Source: a virus (lineage: Duplodnaviria > Caudoviricetes). From it: a DNA stretch of 42,824 nt. The stretch lies in the IMG/VR virus record IMGVR_UViG_3300021964_000151, positions 1 through 42,824 of that record. One strand, 5' to 3'. Made by a program: the position numbers and the translations under genes. The notes beneath the pieces are model-generated. The model was not told the origin of the DNA, did no database searches, and was given only the letters and a program-made list of their open reading frames with translations. Shown here piece by piece: positions 1 to 9,500 of this stretch; the first letter of the stretch is position 1, and every line of letters starts with the position of its first letter.

Positions 1-74
1 GAAAAGGAATGAAAGAAGGGTTTCCTAAATTAGAATGGGAAGCTGAAGCATATAGAAGACAAACAAAAAAATAA
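1..74 (+). CDS. 3' end of a gene truncated by the window edge, possibly a small zincin-like metallopeptidase
   Basis: The frame from nt 3 reads KGMKEGFPKLEWEAEAYRRQTKK*. The LxWExEAY ending resembles the C-terminal helix of small phage HExxH proteins, but the HExxH itself would lie outside the window. Confidence 0.4.
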   Translation, partial: KGMKEGFPKLEWEAEAYRRQTKK

Positions 75-79
75 ACACA

Positions 80-214
80 ATGGATTTACCTATCACTAAA
101 AAAGTACACGCTCAAAAGAAAGCTGCAACACCCGTATGCCCAAGTTGTATGAAACCAATTGGAAGCTGTGGATGTGCAATGCGTGGTAATAAAAAAATTC
201 AAAGAGGTAATTAA
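80..214 (+). CDS. 44-aa basic Cys-rich microprotein (not in the ORF track)
   Basis: Manual translation gives MDLPITKKVHAQKKAATPVCPSCMKPIGSCGCAMRGNKKIQRGN*. It fills the gap between neighbouring genes, has an A-rich start context and contains CxxC-x6-CxC. Confidence 0.7.
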   Translation: MDLPITKKVHAQKKAATPVCPSCMKPIGSCGCAMRGNKKIQRGN

Positions 215-241
215 TAATACCTTTTAATCCAATTTAATATA

Positions 242-706
242 ATGAAAATAAGTGACCATATAAGTATGAAAGAAGCGCTGCGTTCTAATACAGCACAGCG
301 TTTAGGTATTGATAATATGCCAGACAACGATACACTTGTTACAATGCAGATAACTGCTCAGCATATTTTTGAACCTTTAAGAAATCACTTTAACGAGCCT
401 ATTTATATATCATCATTTTATCGTTCACCGGAGCTTAATAAAGCAATTGGTGGATCTGCTAAATCACAACACTGTAAAGGCGAAGCAATTGATATTGACG
501 ATGTGTATAGCAAAGCTTCAAATGCAGACTTTTTTAATTATATTAAAGACAAGTTAGAATTTGATCAGCTTATATGGGAGTTTGGTGATAATGAAAACCC
601 CGCTTGGGTTCACGTTAGTTATAGCTTGGGTAAAAATAGAATGCGAATACTTAAGGCTATAAAAGAAAACGGTAAAACAAAATACATAGACATTACAAAT
701 GAATGA
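242..706 (+). CDS. Peptidase M15 family endolysin (Zn D-Ala-D-Ala/L-Ala-D-Glu peptidase fold)
   Basis: Motifs SFYRSPELNKAIGG, SQHCKGEAIDI (His...Asp ligands) and WVHVS (third His). It lies close to a holin gene. Confidence 0.9.
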   Translation: MKISDHISMKEALRSNTAQRLGIDNMPDNDTLVTMQITAQHIFEPLRNHFNEPIYISSFYRSPELNKAIGGSAKSQHCKGEAIDIDDVYSKASNADFFNYIKDKLEFDQLIWEFGDNENPAWVHVSYSLGKNRMRILKAIKENGKTKYIDITNE

Positions 707-1031
707 TCCAATTACTTCAAGAGTACAAAAAGCACCTTTATTTAAAAAAGCAAAACCACCTGCTCCTTCTAAAAAGAAGAGTTTAGGTTATTATAATGAA
801 GCTAAGCCAACAGGTACAGGCGCGGCAGCAGGAGGGGGTATGTCTCAAAAAGGTGTTTCTAAATATAGAAGAGATAATCCTGGAAGTAAACTAAAAACCG
901 CAGTTACAACACCCCCTAGTGAATTAAAACCAGGAAGTAAAGCTGCTAAAAGAAGAAAATCATTTTGTGCACGATCTAAAAGTTGGACTTCAGAAAGAGG
1001 TCGTGCTGCTAGAAGAAGATGGAACTGTTAA
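699..1031 (+). CDS. Small highly basic phage protein (KRRKSFCAR family, recalled as DUF6321-like)
   Basis: Contains YRRDNPGSKLKTAVT...KRRKSFCARS...RRRWNC, a motif set I recognise from marine phage proteins. It overlaps the endolysin stop codon. Confidence 0.7.
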   Translation: MNDPITSRVQKAPLFKKAKPPAPSKKKSLGYYNEAKPTGTGAAAGGGMSQKGVSKYRRDNPGSKLKTAVTTPPSELKPGSKAAKRRKSFCARSKSWTSERGRAARRRWNC

Positions 1032-1044
1032 CTTAAATTTTATA
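1028..1044 (+). promoter_or_regulatory. Repeated 17-nt pre-start element, copy 1
   Basis: TTAACTTAAATTTTATA ends 2 nt before the ATG at 1047. An identical copy lies at 12279-12295. Confidence 0.5.
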
Positions 1045-1046
1045 TT

Positions 1047-1328
1047 ATGAATACAATTACAATTATTTTAGCTATAGTAGCTATTTTATCAATTTTATTA
1101 AATTTTTACTTAATTTATCTATATACAGGTAAGATTAAAGATGCAGATCGTGATATGATTGCTGATGCTGCAGAAGAAGCTGTAGCCGAAATTAAAGATA
1201 GAGCTCAAACGGTAGTTAAAGAAATGAACGACGTTGGAGCTGCAATTAAAGAAGTAGGAAATCAAATTGGAGATATTCCTAGTGCTGTAGCTGGTAAAAC
1301 AAGAACAGGAAGAAAACCTAAAAAATAA
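1047..1328 (+). CDS. Single-pass membrane protein with amphipathic helical C-terminus (lysis-associated candidate)
   Basis: N-terminal hydrophobic helix (ITIILAIVAILSILLNFYLIYLY), DADRDMIAD acidic loop and basic tail. Its stop overlaps the holin start (TAATG). Confidence 0.65.
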   Translation: MNTITIILAIVAILSILLNFYLIYLYTGKIKDADRDMIADAAEEAVAEIKDRAQTVVKEMNDVGAAIKEVGNQIGDIPSAVAGKTRTGRKPKK

Positions 1329-1744
1329 TGGCTGATAAGAAAAAATTCAAAGACACAGCTGTCGGGCAATTTTTACTTAATAAAATACCCAATGTTGTGG
1401 GTGCTATAGCGGGTGACACACCCGTTGGTTCAGTTATAGAAGCTATTATTGGTGGATCTGATATGTCAGACACTGATAAAGAAATTGCTCTTGAAAAGCT
1501 TAAAATGGAAAGAGCAGAGATTGATGGAGTTACAAAGCGTTGGGTTGCTGATGCTCGCTCTGGATCTTGGCTTGCTTCTAACGTAAGACCATTAACTTTA
1601 GTATTTTTAGTCATATCTTATGTAGTAGGATGGTATTTAGGTTACTCTTTAGATAATATAACATCACTTTTAACAATAGTAATTGGAGGCTATTTCGGCT
1701 CACGTGGAGTAGAAAAAGTCTTTGGAAACAAAATGCACAGATAA
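1328..1744 (+). CDS. Holin, 3TM (GTA-holin-like) family
   Basis: Has the SWLASNVRPLTL motif, two C-terminal hydrophobic helices and the terminal GGYFGSRGVEK typical of this family. It is near the endolysin. Confidence 0.8.
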   Translation: MADKKKFKDTAVGQFLLNKIPNVVGAIAGDTPVGSVIEAIIGGSDMSDTDKEIALEKLKMERAEIDGVTKRWVADARSGSWLASNVRPLTLVFLVISYVVGWYLGYSLDNITSLLTIVIGGYFGSRGVEKVFGNKMHR

Positions 1745-4700
1745 ATGGCTAGAATATTTACGTACGATCAGGATCCTAGTTTAAACCTGAATGACAAATT
1801 AATAGGTACAAACTCAGAGGATAATGTAACAAAGAATTTTACCATTGAAAGTTTTTTAGAGTTAGCTAATAATGAAAACTTTATTAAACATTTTGATGGT
1901 ATTGTTTTTAAAGTACAAGACTATAATGTAGATTCAGATCAGTATGGTATTATTACTACCGGTACTGGCACTTATACCAATACAAACTTTGCTAATATAC
2001 AGACAATATATCTATCAGATAAAAATTTAAAAAACGCTGATGTAAGTAACTATATTGATGTATTAGCTGGTTATGACGTGCGTATTACAAATAAAAACGA
2101 TGTAAACAACTTTGGTATATATCGTGTAGATGAGGTTAGTGATAGCAGTTCTGATACATACAAAGTACTTACACTTACAAATCAAGATGCTTCTGGACAA
2201 CTTATAAAAGGTGACGAATACTATGTTTCCACATTAGGAAACAATTTAAAAAATCTAAGCTCTTTTTCAGTAACATCAACATATGATGTAACAGATGCAG
2301 GTTCTGGTAGAATTATTACAGATGCAGAAAGAACAGCTGTTGCTACTATATATGACAGAGTATTATATACAGATGTTAAAAATAATTTAGAATCTACTGA
2401 AACATCATATCCTTTATCTGCAAATCAAGGTAGAGTTTTAAAAGGATATATTGACGATATTAATACTCTTCTTGTTTCAGATGATACAACATTAGATCAA
2501 TTACAGGAAATAGTAAATTATATTAAAGATAATAGAACCGATCTTGATTCTTTAAATATTGCCGCAATTGCAGGGTTACAAACTGCATTAGACGGTAAAG
2601 TTGATGTAATTGTAGGTAAAGGTTTATCTACTGAAGATTTTACAACAGCATTTAAAACTAAATTGCAAAATATAGCTGATAGTGCTGAAGTTAATGTACA
2701 AGCAGACTGGAATGAAATAAACACATCATCTGATGCATTTATTCAAAACAAGCCAACTGATATAACTGTCTTAACAACGCATAGCGCTACAGAATTATTA
2801 GATATTAGTTCCGTAGGATCAGGAGCCATTATAACTTCAGCTGAAAGGTCTAAACTTTCTGGTATAACCGCGGGCGCAGAAATAAACGTACAAGCTAATT
2901 GGACAGAAACTGATACTAATTCAGATGCATTTATACAAAACAAACCCACTATTTTAGATCAAAGTACTACATTAACTGTTAACGGTACTACAAATGAAAT
3001 AGAAGTTGCTGGCGGAGCACAAGATTTAACTACCGATAGAACTTGGACGGTTGGTCTTCCAAATAATGTTGTTGTAACAAGTGATATAAGTGCAGCAACA
3101 GCAACTATTACAAATGGTATTACAGCAGGTTCGGTTGATGCTGGAAATATATTATCTTTAGATACAGCATACAGCGGCACACCATCACAAGATAATGCAA
3201 TATACTATACTACAGAAAATAGTCATGATACATTAAACTTCCGTTATCATGGCCATACTTTAAAAATAGATACACTAACAGAAGTTATTCCTTCTGGTAT
3301 TACTTCTGGCGGTACATTATCTGCTGCTAATACGACACAGTTTACTATCGCCGCTGGTACAGGTATTATAAATGACCTCAATAAAGAATCCGGCGCAACA
3401 GAGCCATATCCAGAAATACAATATATTTCTTGGAATCAAGCTACAGTGACAGTTTCAAATCTTGACTCTGGAAGTACTGTACAAAAGAACTCATGGATAT
3501 ACATTGATGAGAATGGTGATATTCAACAGCAGTCTACAGCATTTACAGATGCACAAATAGCTAATAAAATTATTATTGGCTCTGTAGTACACTCTTCCGG
3601 TACTATTGATTTTGTAAAAACATTCCCAATTACAGCATATGCAGCAACAGCTCAATTAGCAGAGTTTGCTAGAATGTTTGGCCCTATGAAAAAGACTGGA
3701 CATAAAATAACTGCTAATGGTACAAATCTTTCTATAGATAGAGCTGCTGGTACTGCTTTTGCTTTTGGTCGCAACTATGCTAATGATCCTAATAATCCAT
3801 CTATTATCTCTGATGCTGCTAAAACAGTTTGTAAGATACATAGATATTATTCTGACGGTTCAACAGGTCATTATAAAAATACTAATGCTGGCGCTGGATA
3901 TAACTTTTTAGATCCTGGTTATTATGATGATGGTGACGGTACATTAGCTGCTATGAATTCAGCTAAGTTTAGTGTACAAAGACTATATTTCTTTCCAACA
4001 ACACCTGATGTAGTTGTAGCATATTATGGTAAAAATTTCTATGCGTCCATAGAAGAAGCAGAAAAAACATATTTAATTGAAGATTTTACAGAGGCTGATA
4101 ATACATATTCACAAGCTATATATTTAGGTGCTGTTATATTAAAAGGTGATGCTACAGATTTAAGTAATACAGCACAAGCTAAGTTTTTAACAGCTGGTAT
4201 ATTCAGAAGTCTTGCCGCTGTAAATGTAGGTGGAGTTGCTGCAGACGCAGTAATAAATGATTTAGTTGATGTTAATGTTTCTTCAGTTGCTGATGATCAT
4301 ATATTAAGATATGATAGCAGCTCTGCACAATGGTTAAACGAAGCTTTAACAACTGATGGTATAACTGAAGGTTCTACTAATTTATATGATAAAACAGTAT
4401 CAATAGCAAATGGTGATAATATAACAGTTTCTGGTACATATCCAAACTTTACGATTGCTTCTGCTCACCCGACAATTGCAGGTGCCGCTTCAGATTCAAC
4501 AAACTCTGGAACAACATTTATACAAAGTTTAGGTTTTGATAGTAATGGTCACGTTACTAGTTTAGCAACTGGCACATTACCTACCGATGTTAACACAACT
4601 TATACTATAGGTGTTGAAGCTGGTGCGGCAAATACATCGGTGATTAGATTAACAGGTAATGATGCATCAACAGATGATATAACAATTGCTGGTGGCGGCA

Positions 4701-6511
4701 ATGTTACTGTTACGGAAGTAGGAGATACTATTACAATAGCATCATCTCACCCAAATATTACCGCGGCTTCTAGCGTAGATAATTCAGGATATTCTTATAT
4801 TCAGGACTTAACACTTGATTCTAATGGTCATGTTACGGGTGTAACCTCAACAACTATATCCACAGCTGCCGTAACTAACGGTAGCACGTCTCTTGTTACT
4901 GGTGATCAAGTTTATGACTTTGTTATTGGACTGGGATATTCAACAACTACTGGTACAGTTGATACGGCTAATAGTCCAGGTGCTGCTGAATTTGCTAAAT
5001 TTACTGATAGTAATACAATTGAAGGTAGAACTGCAAGTGAATTAAAAGCTGACCTTGACTTAGAAATTGGTGTAGATATTCAAGCTTATGATGCCGATCT
5101 CACAACCCTAGGCAGTTTAGCTAAAACAGATGGTAACTTCATTGTTGCAAATGGTACAACTTGGATTGTTGAATCTGGTAATACCGCTAGAACATCACTT
5201 GGTCTTGGTACAGCAGACAATCCTACATTTAACAACTTAACTGTATCTGGTAATCTTACAGTATCTGGTACAACTACAACTGTTAATACCGAAACAATAA
5301 ACCTTGCAGATAATATTATACTTATTAATAGTAATGCTACAACAGGTGAAAATGGTGGTATTCAAGTTGAGCGTGGTAGTACAGGAACTGATGCATCATT
5401 AATATGGGATGAAACAAATGATTACTGGAAAGCTGGTTTAGTAGGATCTGAATATGAAATATTTACTACTAATAGTCAAATACCTTATTCTAATCTTTCT
5501 GGAACTCCCACGATACCCACAGTTAACAATGGTACGTTAACGGTTCAAGGCACAGGTGTATTAGGAGGTACAGGTACATTTACAGCAAATGATTCTACGT
5601 CACCTACTATTAGTATAACACACGATTCTGTTGCTAGAACAAATAATACCTCAACTGCTTCTCCATCACATGGCGGAACATTTACAGCTATTGATAGTAT
5701 TACTACATCCACAGAGGGGCATGTAACAGCGGTAAATACAAAAACAGTTACATTACCTGCTGATGCGGCTGGTGTTACAAGCATTACAGCTGGCACAGGA
5801 TTATCAGGGGGTACTATTACTTCTACAGGTACAATTGCGCTTAGTCATTTAGGTATACAAAATTTATCAGATCCTAATGTTGATAGAATATTAATGTGGG
5901 ATGATTCAGCGGGTGCTTCAGCTTGGCTAGAAGTAGGAAGTGGATTGTCTTTAGCTGGCACAACTCTTACCGCTACAGCAACAAGTTTAACAGCTGGGAA
6001 AGGTATTGATATTAACAGTAGTGCTATTGATGTAGAAAGTGATATTAGAGAGCATGCGACACAAATAATAGGTAATAATGCAGGCGAGCATACTTCTTAT
6101 AACGCAAATGATATTGTATGGTTTGTGGGTAACACAGCCAGCATGCAGCTAGATGCTACTAATCAAGACTTACTCGTTAAAGGAGATGTTGTTGCTTACA
6201 GCACCACTTCTTTTTCAGATGAGGCTTTAAAAGATAATATTATTACTATCGATAGTGCTCTTGATAAAGTTAATGCAATGCGCGGTGTTGAATATGATTG
6301 GAATACTGGTAAAAAAGAAGGCAAGCATGATATTGGTGTTATAGCGCAAGAAGTTGAAAAGATATTACCAGAGATTGTGTATAGCAAAAAAGATTTTGAC
6401 GGTAATGAGTTTAAAACTGTAGACTACGAAAAAATAACAGCTGTGCTTATTGAGGCTGTAAAAGAATTATCACAAGAAGTTACTGAATTAAAGAAACAAA
6501 TAAATAGCTAG
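1745..6511 (+). CDS. Long tail fibre with C-terminal intramolecular chaperone (peptidase S74)
   Basis: 1588 aa, Thr/Gly/Ser-rich with internal repeats. The C-terminus reads SDEALKDNI...RGVEYDW...IGVIAQEVEKILPEIV...VDYEKITAVLIEAVKEL, the S74 signature plus a terminal coiled coil. Confidence 0.9.
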   Translation: MARIFTYDQDPSLNLNDKLIGTNSEDNVTKNFTIESFLELANNENFIKHFDGIVFKVQDYNVDSDQYGIITTGTGTYTNTNFANIQTIYLSDKNLKNADVSNYIDVLAGYDVRITNKNDVNNFGIYRVDEVSDSSSDTYKVLTLTNQDASGQLIKGDEYYVSTLGNNLKNLSSFSVTSTYDVTDAGSGRIITDAERTAVATIYDRVLYTDVKNNLESTETSYPLSANQGRVLKGYIDDINTLLVSDDTTLDQLQEIVNYIKDNRTDLDSLNIAAIAGLQTALDGKVDVIVGKGLSTEDFTTAFKTKLQNIADSAEVNVQADWNEINTSSDAFIQNKPTDITVLTTHSATELLDISSVGSGAIITSAERSKLSGITAGAEINVQANWTETDTNSDAFIQNKPTILDQSTTLTVNGTTNEIEVAGGAQDLTTDRTWTVGLPNNVVVTSDISAATATITNGITAGSVDAGNILSLDTAYSGTPSQDNAIYYTTENSHDTLNFRYHGHTLKIDTLTEVIPSGITSGGTLSAANTTQFTIAAGTGIINDLNKESGATEPYPEIQYISWNQATVTVSNLDSGSTVQKNSWIYIDENGDIQQQSTAFTDAQIANKIIIGSVVHSSGTIDFVKTFPITAYAATAQLAEFARMFGPMKKTGHKITANGTNLSIDRAAGTAFAFGRNYANDPNNPSIISDAAKTVCKIHRYYSDGSTGHYKNTNAGAGYNFLDPGYYDDGDGTLAAMNSAKFSVQRLYFFPTTPDVVVAYYGKNFYASIEEAEKTYLIEDFTEADNTYSQAIYLGAVILKGDATDLSNTAQAKFLTAGIFRSLAAVNVGGVAADAVINDLVDVNVSSVADDHILRYDSSSAQWLNEALTTDGITEGSTNLYDKTVSIANGDNITVSGTYPNFTIASAHPTIAGAASDSTNSGTTFIQSLGFDSNGHVTSLATGTLPTDVNTTYTIGVEAGAANTSVIRLTGNDASTDDITIAGGGNVTVTEVGDTITIASSHPNITAASSVDNSGYSYIQDLTLDSNGHVTGVTSTTISTAAVTNGSTSLVTGDQVYDFVIGLGYSTTTGTVDTANSPGAAEFAKFTDSNTIEGRTASELKADLDLEIGVDIQAYDADLTTLGSLAKTDGNFIVANGTTWIVESGNTARTSLGLGTADNPTFNNLTVSGNLTVSGTTTTVNTETINLADNIILINSNATTGENGGIQVERGSTGTDASLIWDETNDYWKAGLVGSEYEIFTTNSQIPYSNLSGTPTIPTVNNGTLTVQGTGVLGGTGTFTANDSTSPTISITHDSVARTNNTSTASPSHGGTFTAIDSITTSTEGHVTAVNTKTVTLPADAAGVTSITAGTGLSGGTITSTGTIALSHLGIQNLSDPNVDRILMWDDSAGASAWLEVGSGLSLAGTTLTATATSLTAGKGIDINSSAIDVESDIREHATQIIGNNAGEHTSYNANDIVWFVGNTASMQLDATNQDLLVKGDVVAYSTTSFSDEALKDNIITIDSALDKVNAMRGVEYDWNTGKKEGKHDIGVIAQEVEKILPEIVYSKKDFDGNEFKTVDYEKITAVLIEAVKELSQEVTELKKQINS

Positions 6512-6514
6512 AGT

Positions 6515-9500
6515 ATGGCAATTAGAGATGAATCACTAGGGGATTTAAGTTTAAATAACGATATACGACCAGAAATTGGTATTGATGCTAACCAAGACAA
6601 TGTTTCTTTAGGTGATAATAATACACAATTATTTGCGGCTGTTGGCGACGGAGATACTGTTACCGGTAGATCCATGTCTGAAATGGGTGGTGAAGCTTTG
6701 TTTTCTTCAATATTGCCGCAAACTGAAGCCGAAGGCGCTTTAGGTGAAAGTTTAGTTTATGATACGAACAGCAGCTCATACACTAGTTTTACACCTTCAT
6801 TTGATGGTAATAGAAGGACTTGGACAGTTAGTGCTTGGGTAAAATTCAATAGGACTGGAAGTAGAGAAACTATAATGTCTCAAGGGTCTACTAGTGTACT
6901 TGAAGTAGTACACATGACGAAGCATTCAGATGATAAATTAAGAATTTATATAGAAAGATCAGGAGGTGAAGTATCAATACTTGGTAGTTCTTTAATATTA
7001 GATACATCTGGTTGGTATAATATTGTATTTGCTTTTGATGCTACAAAAAGCTACACTAATGATAAATGTAGAATCTATGTTAATGGTATAGAAGATACGG
7101 GTGTAACTATTTCAGGCGGCACCTTTACTGATGATGACTACGGTTTTAATAAAGCAAATAATGCAATTAGAATTGGTCAATATAGATATACTAATTCTTA
7201 TTATTTAGATGGTCTTATTGCCGACTTTAAATTCATAGACGGTAAACAACTACGGCCAGATAGCTTTGGTGAGTTAGTGCAAGGTATATGGATACCTAAA
7301 GCATTTAATACAGCAACTGGAGAATCTTTGGTCACATCTAACTTAAGAGCTAATATTCAGTTCAGCTCTGATGGAAAATTTACTGAAGAGCAAGGCAATC
7401 ATAGTATATCAAATTATAGTGTAGATATTATTAAAAATAACTACGGCGTATCTCATTACGATAATGTTAATGATAGATTTATTTTAGCGGACACTGATAA
7501 TAGTAATAATATTTTTGATAATGGATTGTCTATATCCGCTTGGGTACGTGTTGATAATTTTGCTTCTGATAATCATGCAATAGTAAGAAATAAAGCCAGT
7601 TCCGCACAAAAAGGTATAAATTTTAACGTAGGTACCTCTGGGCGATTGAATTTTGGGGTACATATGCAAGACTTCCAAAACAGCGTTCAGGCAGACGATA
7701 TGCTTAAAGAGCGTACTTGGCATCACGTGGTTGGTACGACAGATGGTTCAGCCAATACAAATGCATATAAATTATATATTGATGGTGTTCTTGTGGCTAC
7801 CGAAACGCCATCTACATCTATAGCTTCTATAGGTACATTTACTTTTGATGCAGCAATTGGTAATAGACCGGGTTCTTATTCATTAGATAATTTTGGTGGG
7901 CAAATAGGAGAAATACAGCTTTATACAGATCAACTAACAGATGCAGAAGTACTACAAAACTACAACGCTACAAAACACAAATACACCTACGGTTTAAACG
8001 GTTTCTGGTTACCACTTAATAATACATCAATCGGTAGCATAGATAGTAGCAGTAATTTAAAATTACACTTAGATGCTTCTGATAGTTCTTCATATGGAGG
8101 TAGTGGTACAACTTGGAGTGATTTAACTAGTAATAATAATGATGGTACAATATCAGGTTCACCTAATTTTTTATCTTCAACTAATGGTGGTATATTTGAT
8201 TTTGATGGTTCTGATGATTATGTTACAATACCCCATAGCACAAATTTAGAGCTATCGAATAATGGGTTTACAGCTGAAGCTTGGATATATCATACAGATA
8301 GTAGCACTAATAATTTATTAGATAAAGGCGATAATGGCCAGAGAGTTAGAGGATATAACCTACAAATATCAGGTAATAACCTTGATTTAAGAATGCATGC
8401 AAATAACGCTACAACTGCTACTATAAAAATATTGGGAACAAAAACCCTTACTGTTAATGCTTGGAACCATGTAGCTTTTACTTTAACTGATTTATCTTCT
8501 TCAGCTAAAGCAATTACTTATATAAATGGCGTAAAAGATGGCGAAGATACAGATAATATGACTTCTTATTTAGCCAATGCTAGCTCTGATAGTTTACTAA
8601 TAGGGTCTCAATCAGGATATAGTCAAGCTGATAAATTTGATGGCAAAATAGCACAAGTAAGAATATATAATAAAACTTTAACTCCCCAAGAAATTATTAC
8701 AAATTACCGTGCTACACAAGGTAACTACGAACAAGTAAGTACAGTAGATATATCTGGTAATGCTAATAGCTTTACAGCAACTAATATAGATGCTACAGAT
8801 CATATTAAAGATGAACCGTTAGATAACTATCCAACTTTTTCATTTGATCAAAGTGCTATGACGGGTAGCAACTGTGCTTATGGTAATGGTGGACTTACTG
8901 TTAATAATACAGCTACAAGCGGTAGTGCATATTCAAGACATTCTGGCCCTGCATTACCTATTACAGGAAAATGGTATTGGGAGGCTACGTATACTGGTGA
9001 CGGTTCTGGTTATGCTTTGTTTTCAGGTATAGTTCCTGAAAATTTTTGGTATAGTGCTACGGGTTCTTCTATGCGACAATTTGCAGCTAGCTACGGAATA
9101 TATGGTTTAGAAGACGACGGAGATTTTTGGGCGCTTGGTACAAATACATTAGACTTAACTACATTAAATACTACAGATAAAACCGCTGGTTTTGCTTATG
9201 ACGCTGATAATGGAGATTTATATATTTACATAGGGGGCGTTGCACAAAATTCAGGCAATGCCGTTGCAACAGGATTAAGTGGAGAAAAGAAAATATTTGC
9301 TCAAGTTGCTGGAAGTACGACCCATAGCGGTTTAATTTTTAATTTTGGTCAAAATGGATTTACATATACCCCGCCAACAGGTTATTTATCTCTAAACACT
9401 AAAAATATTCCAGCCCCTGCATTTGACCCAGATGGTACAACACCAGATAAACCAAGTAATTACTTTAAAGCTATAACATATCAAGGTACTGGTAGTACAC

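Noticed and set aside
6509-6517. In-frame TAG-AGT-ATG junction between the tail fibre and adhesin genes, suggesting amber readthrough or TAG recoding as in some crAss-like phages
   Set aside because: All long genes are intact under the standard code with no internal TAGs, no suppressor tRNA is visible, and S74 chaperone domains are normally C-terminal. An in-frame junction occurs one time in three by chance.
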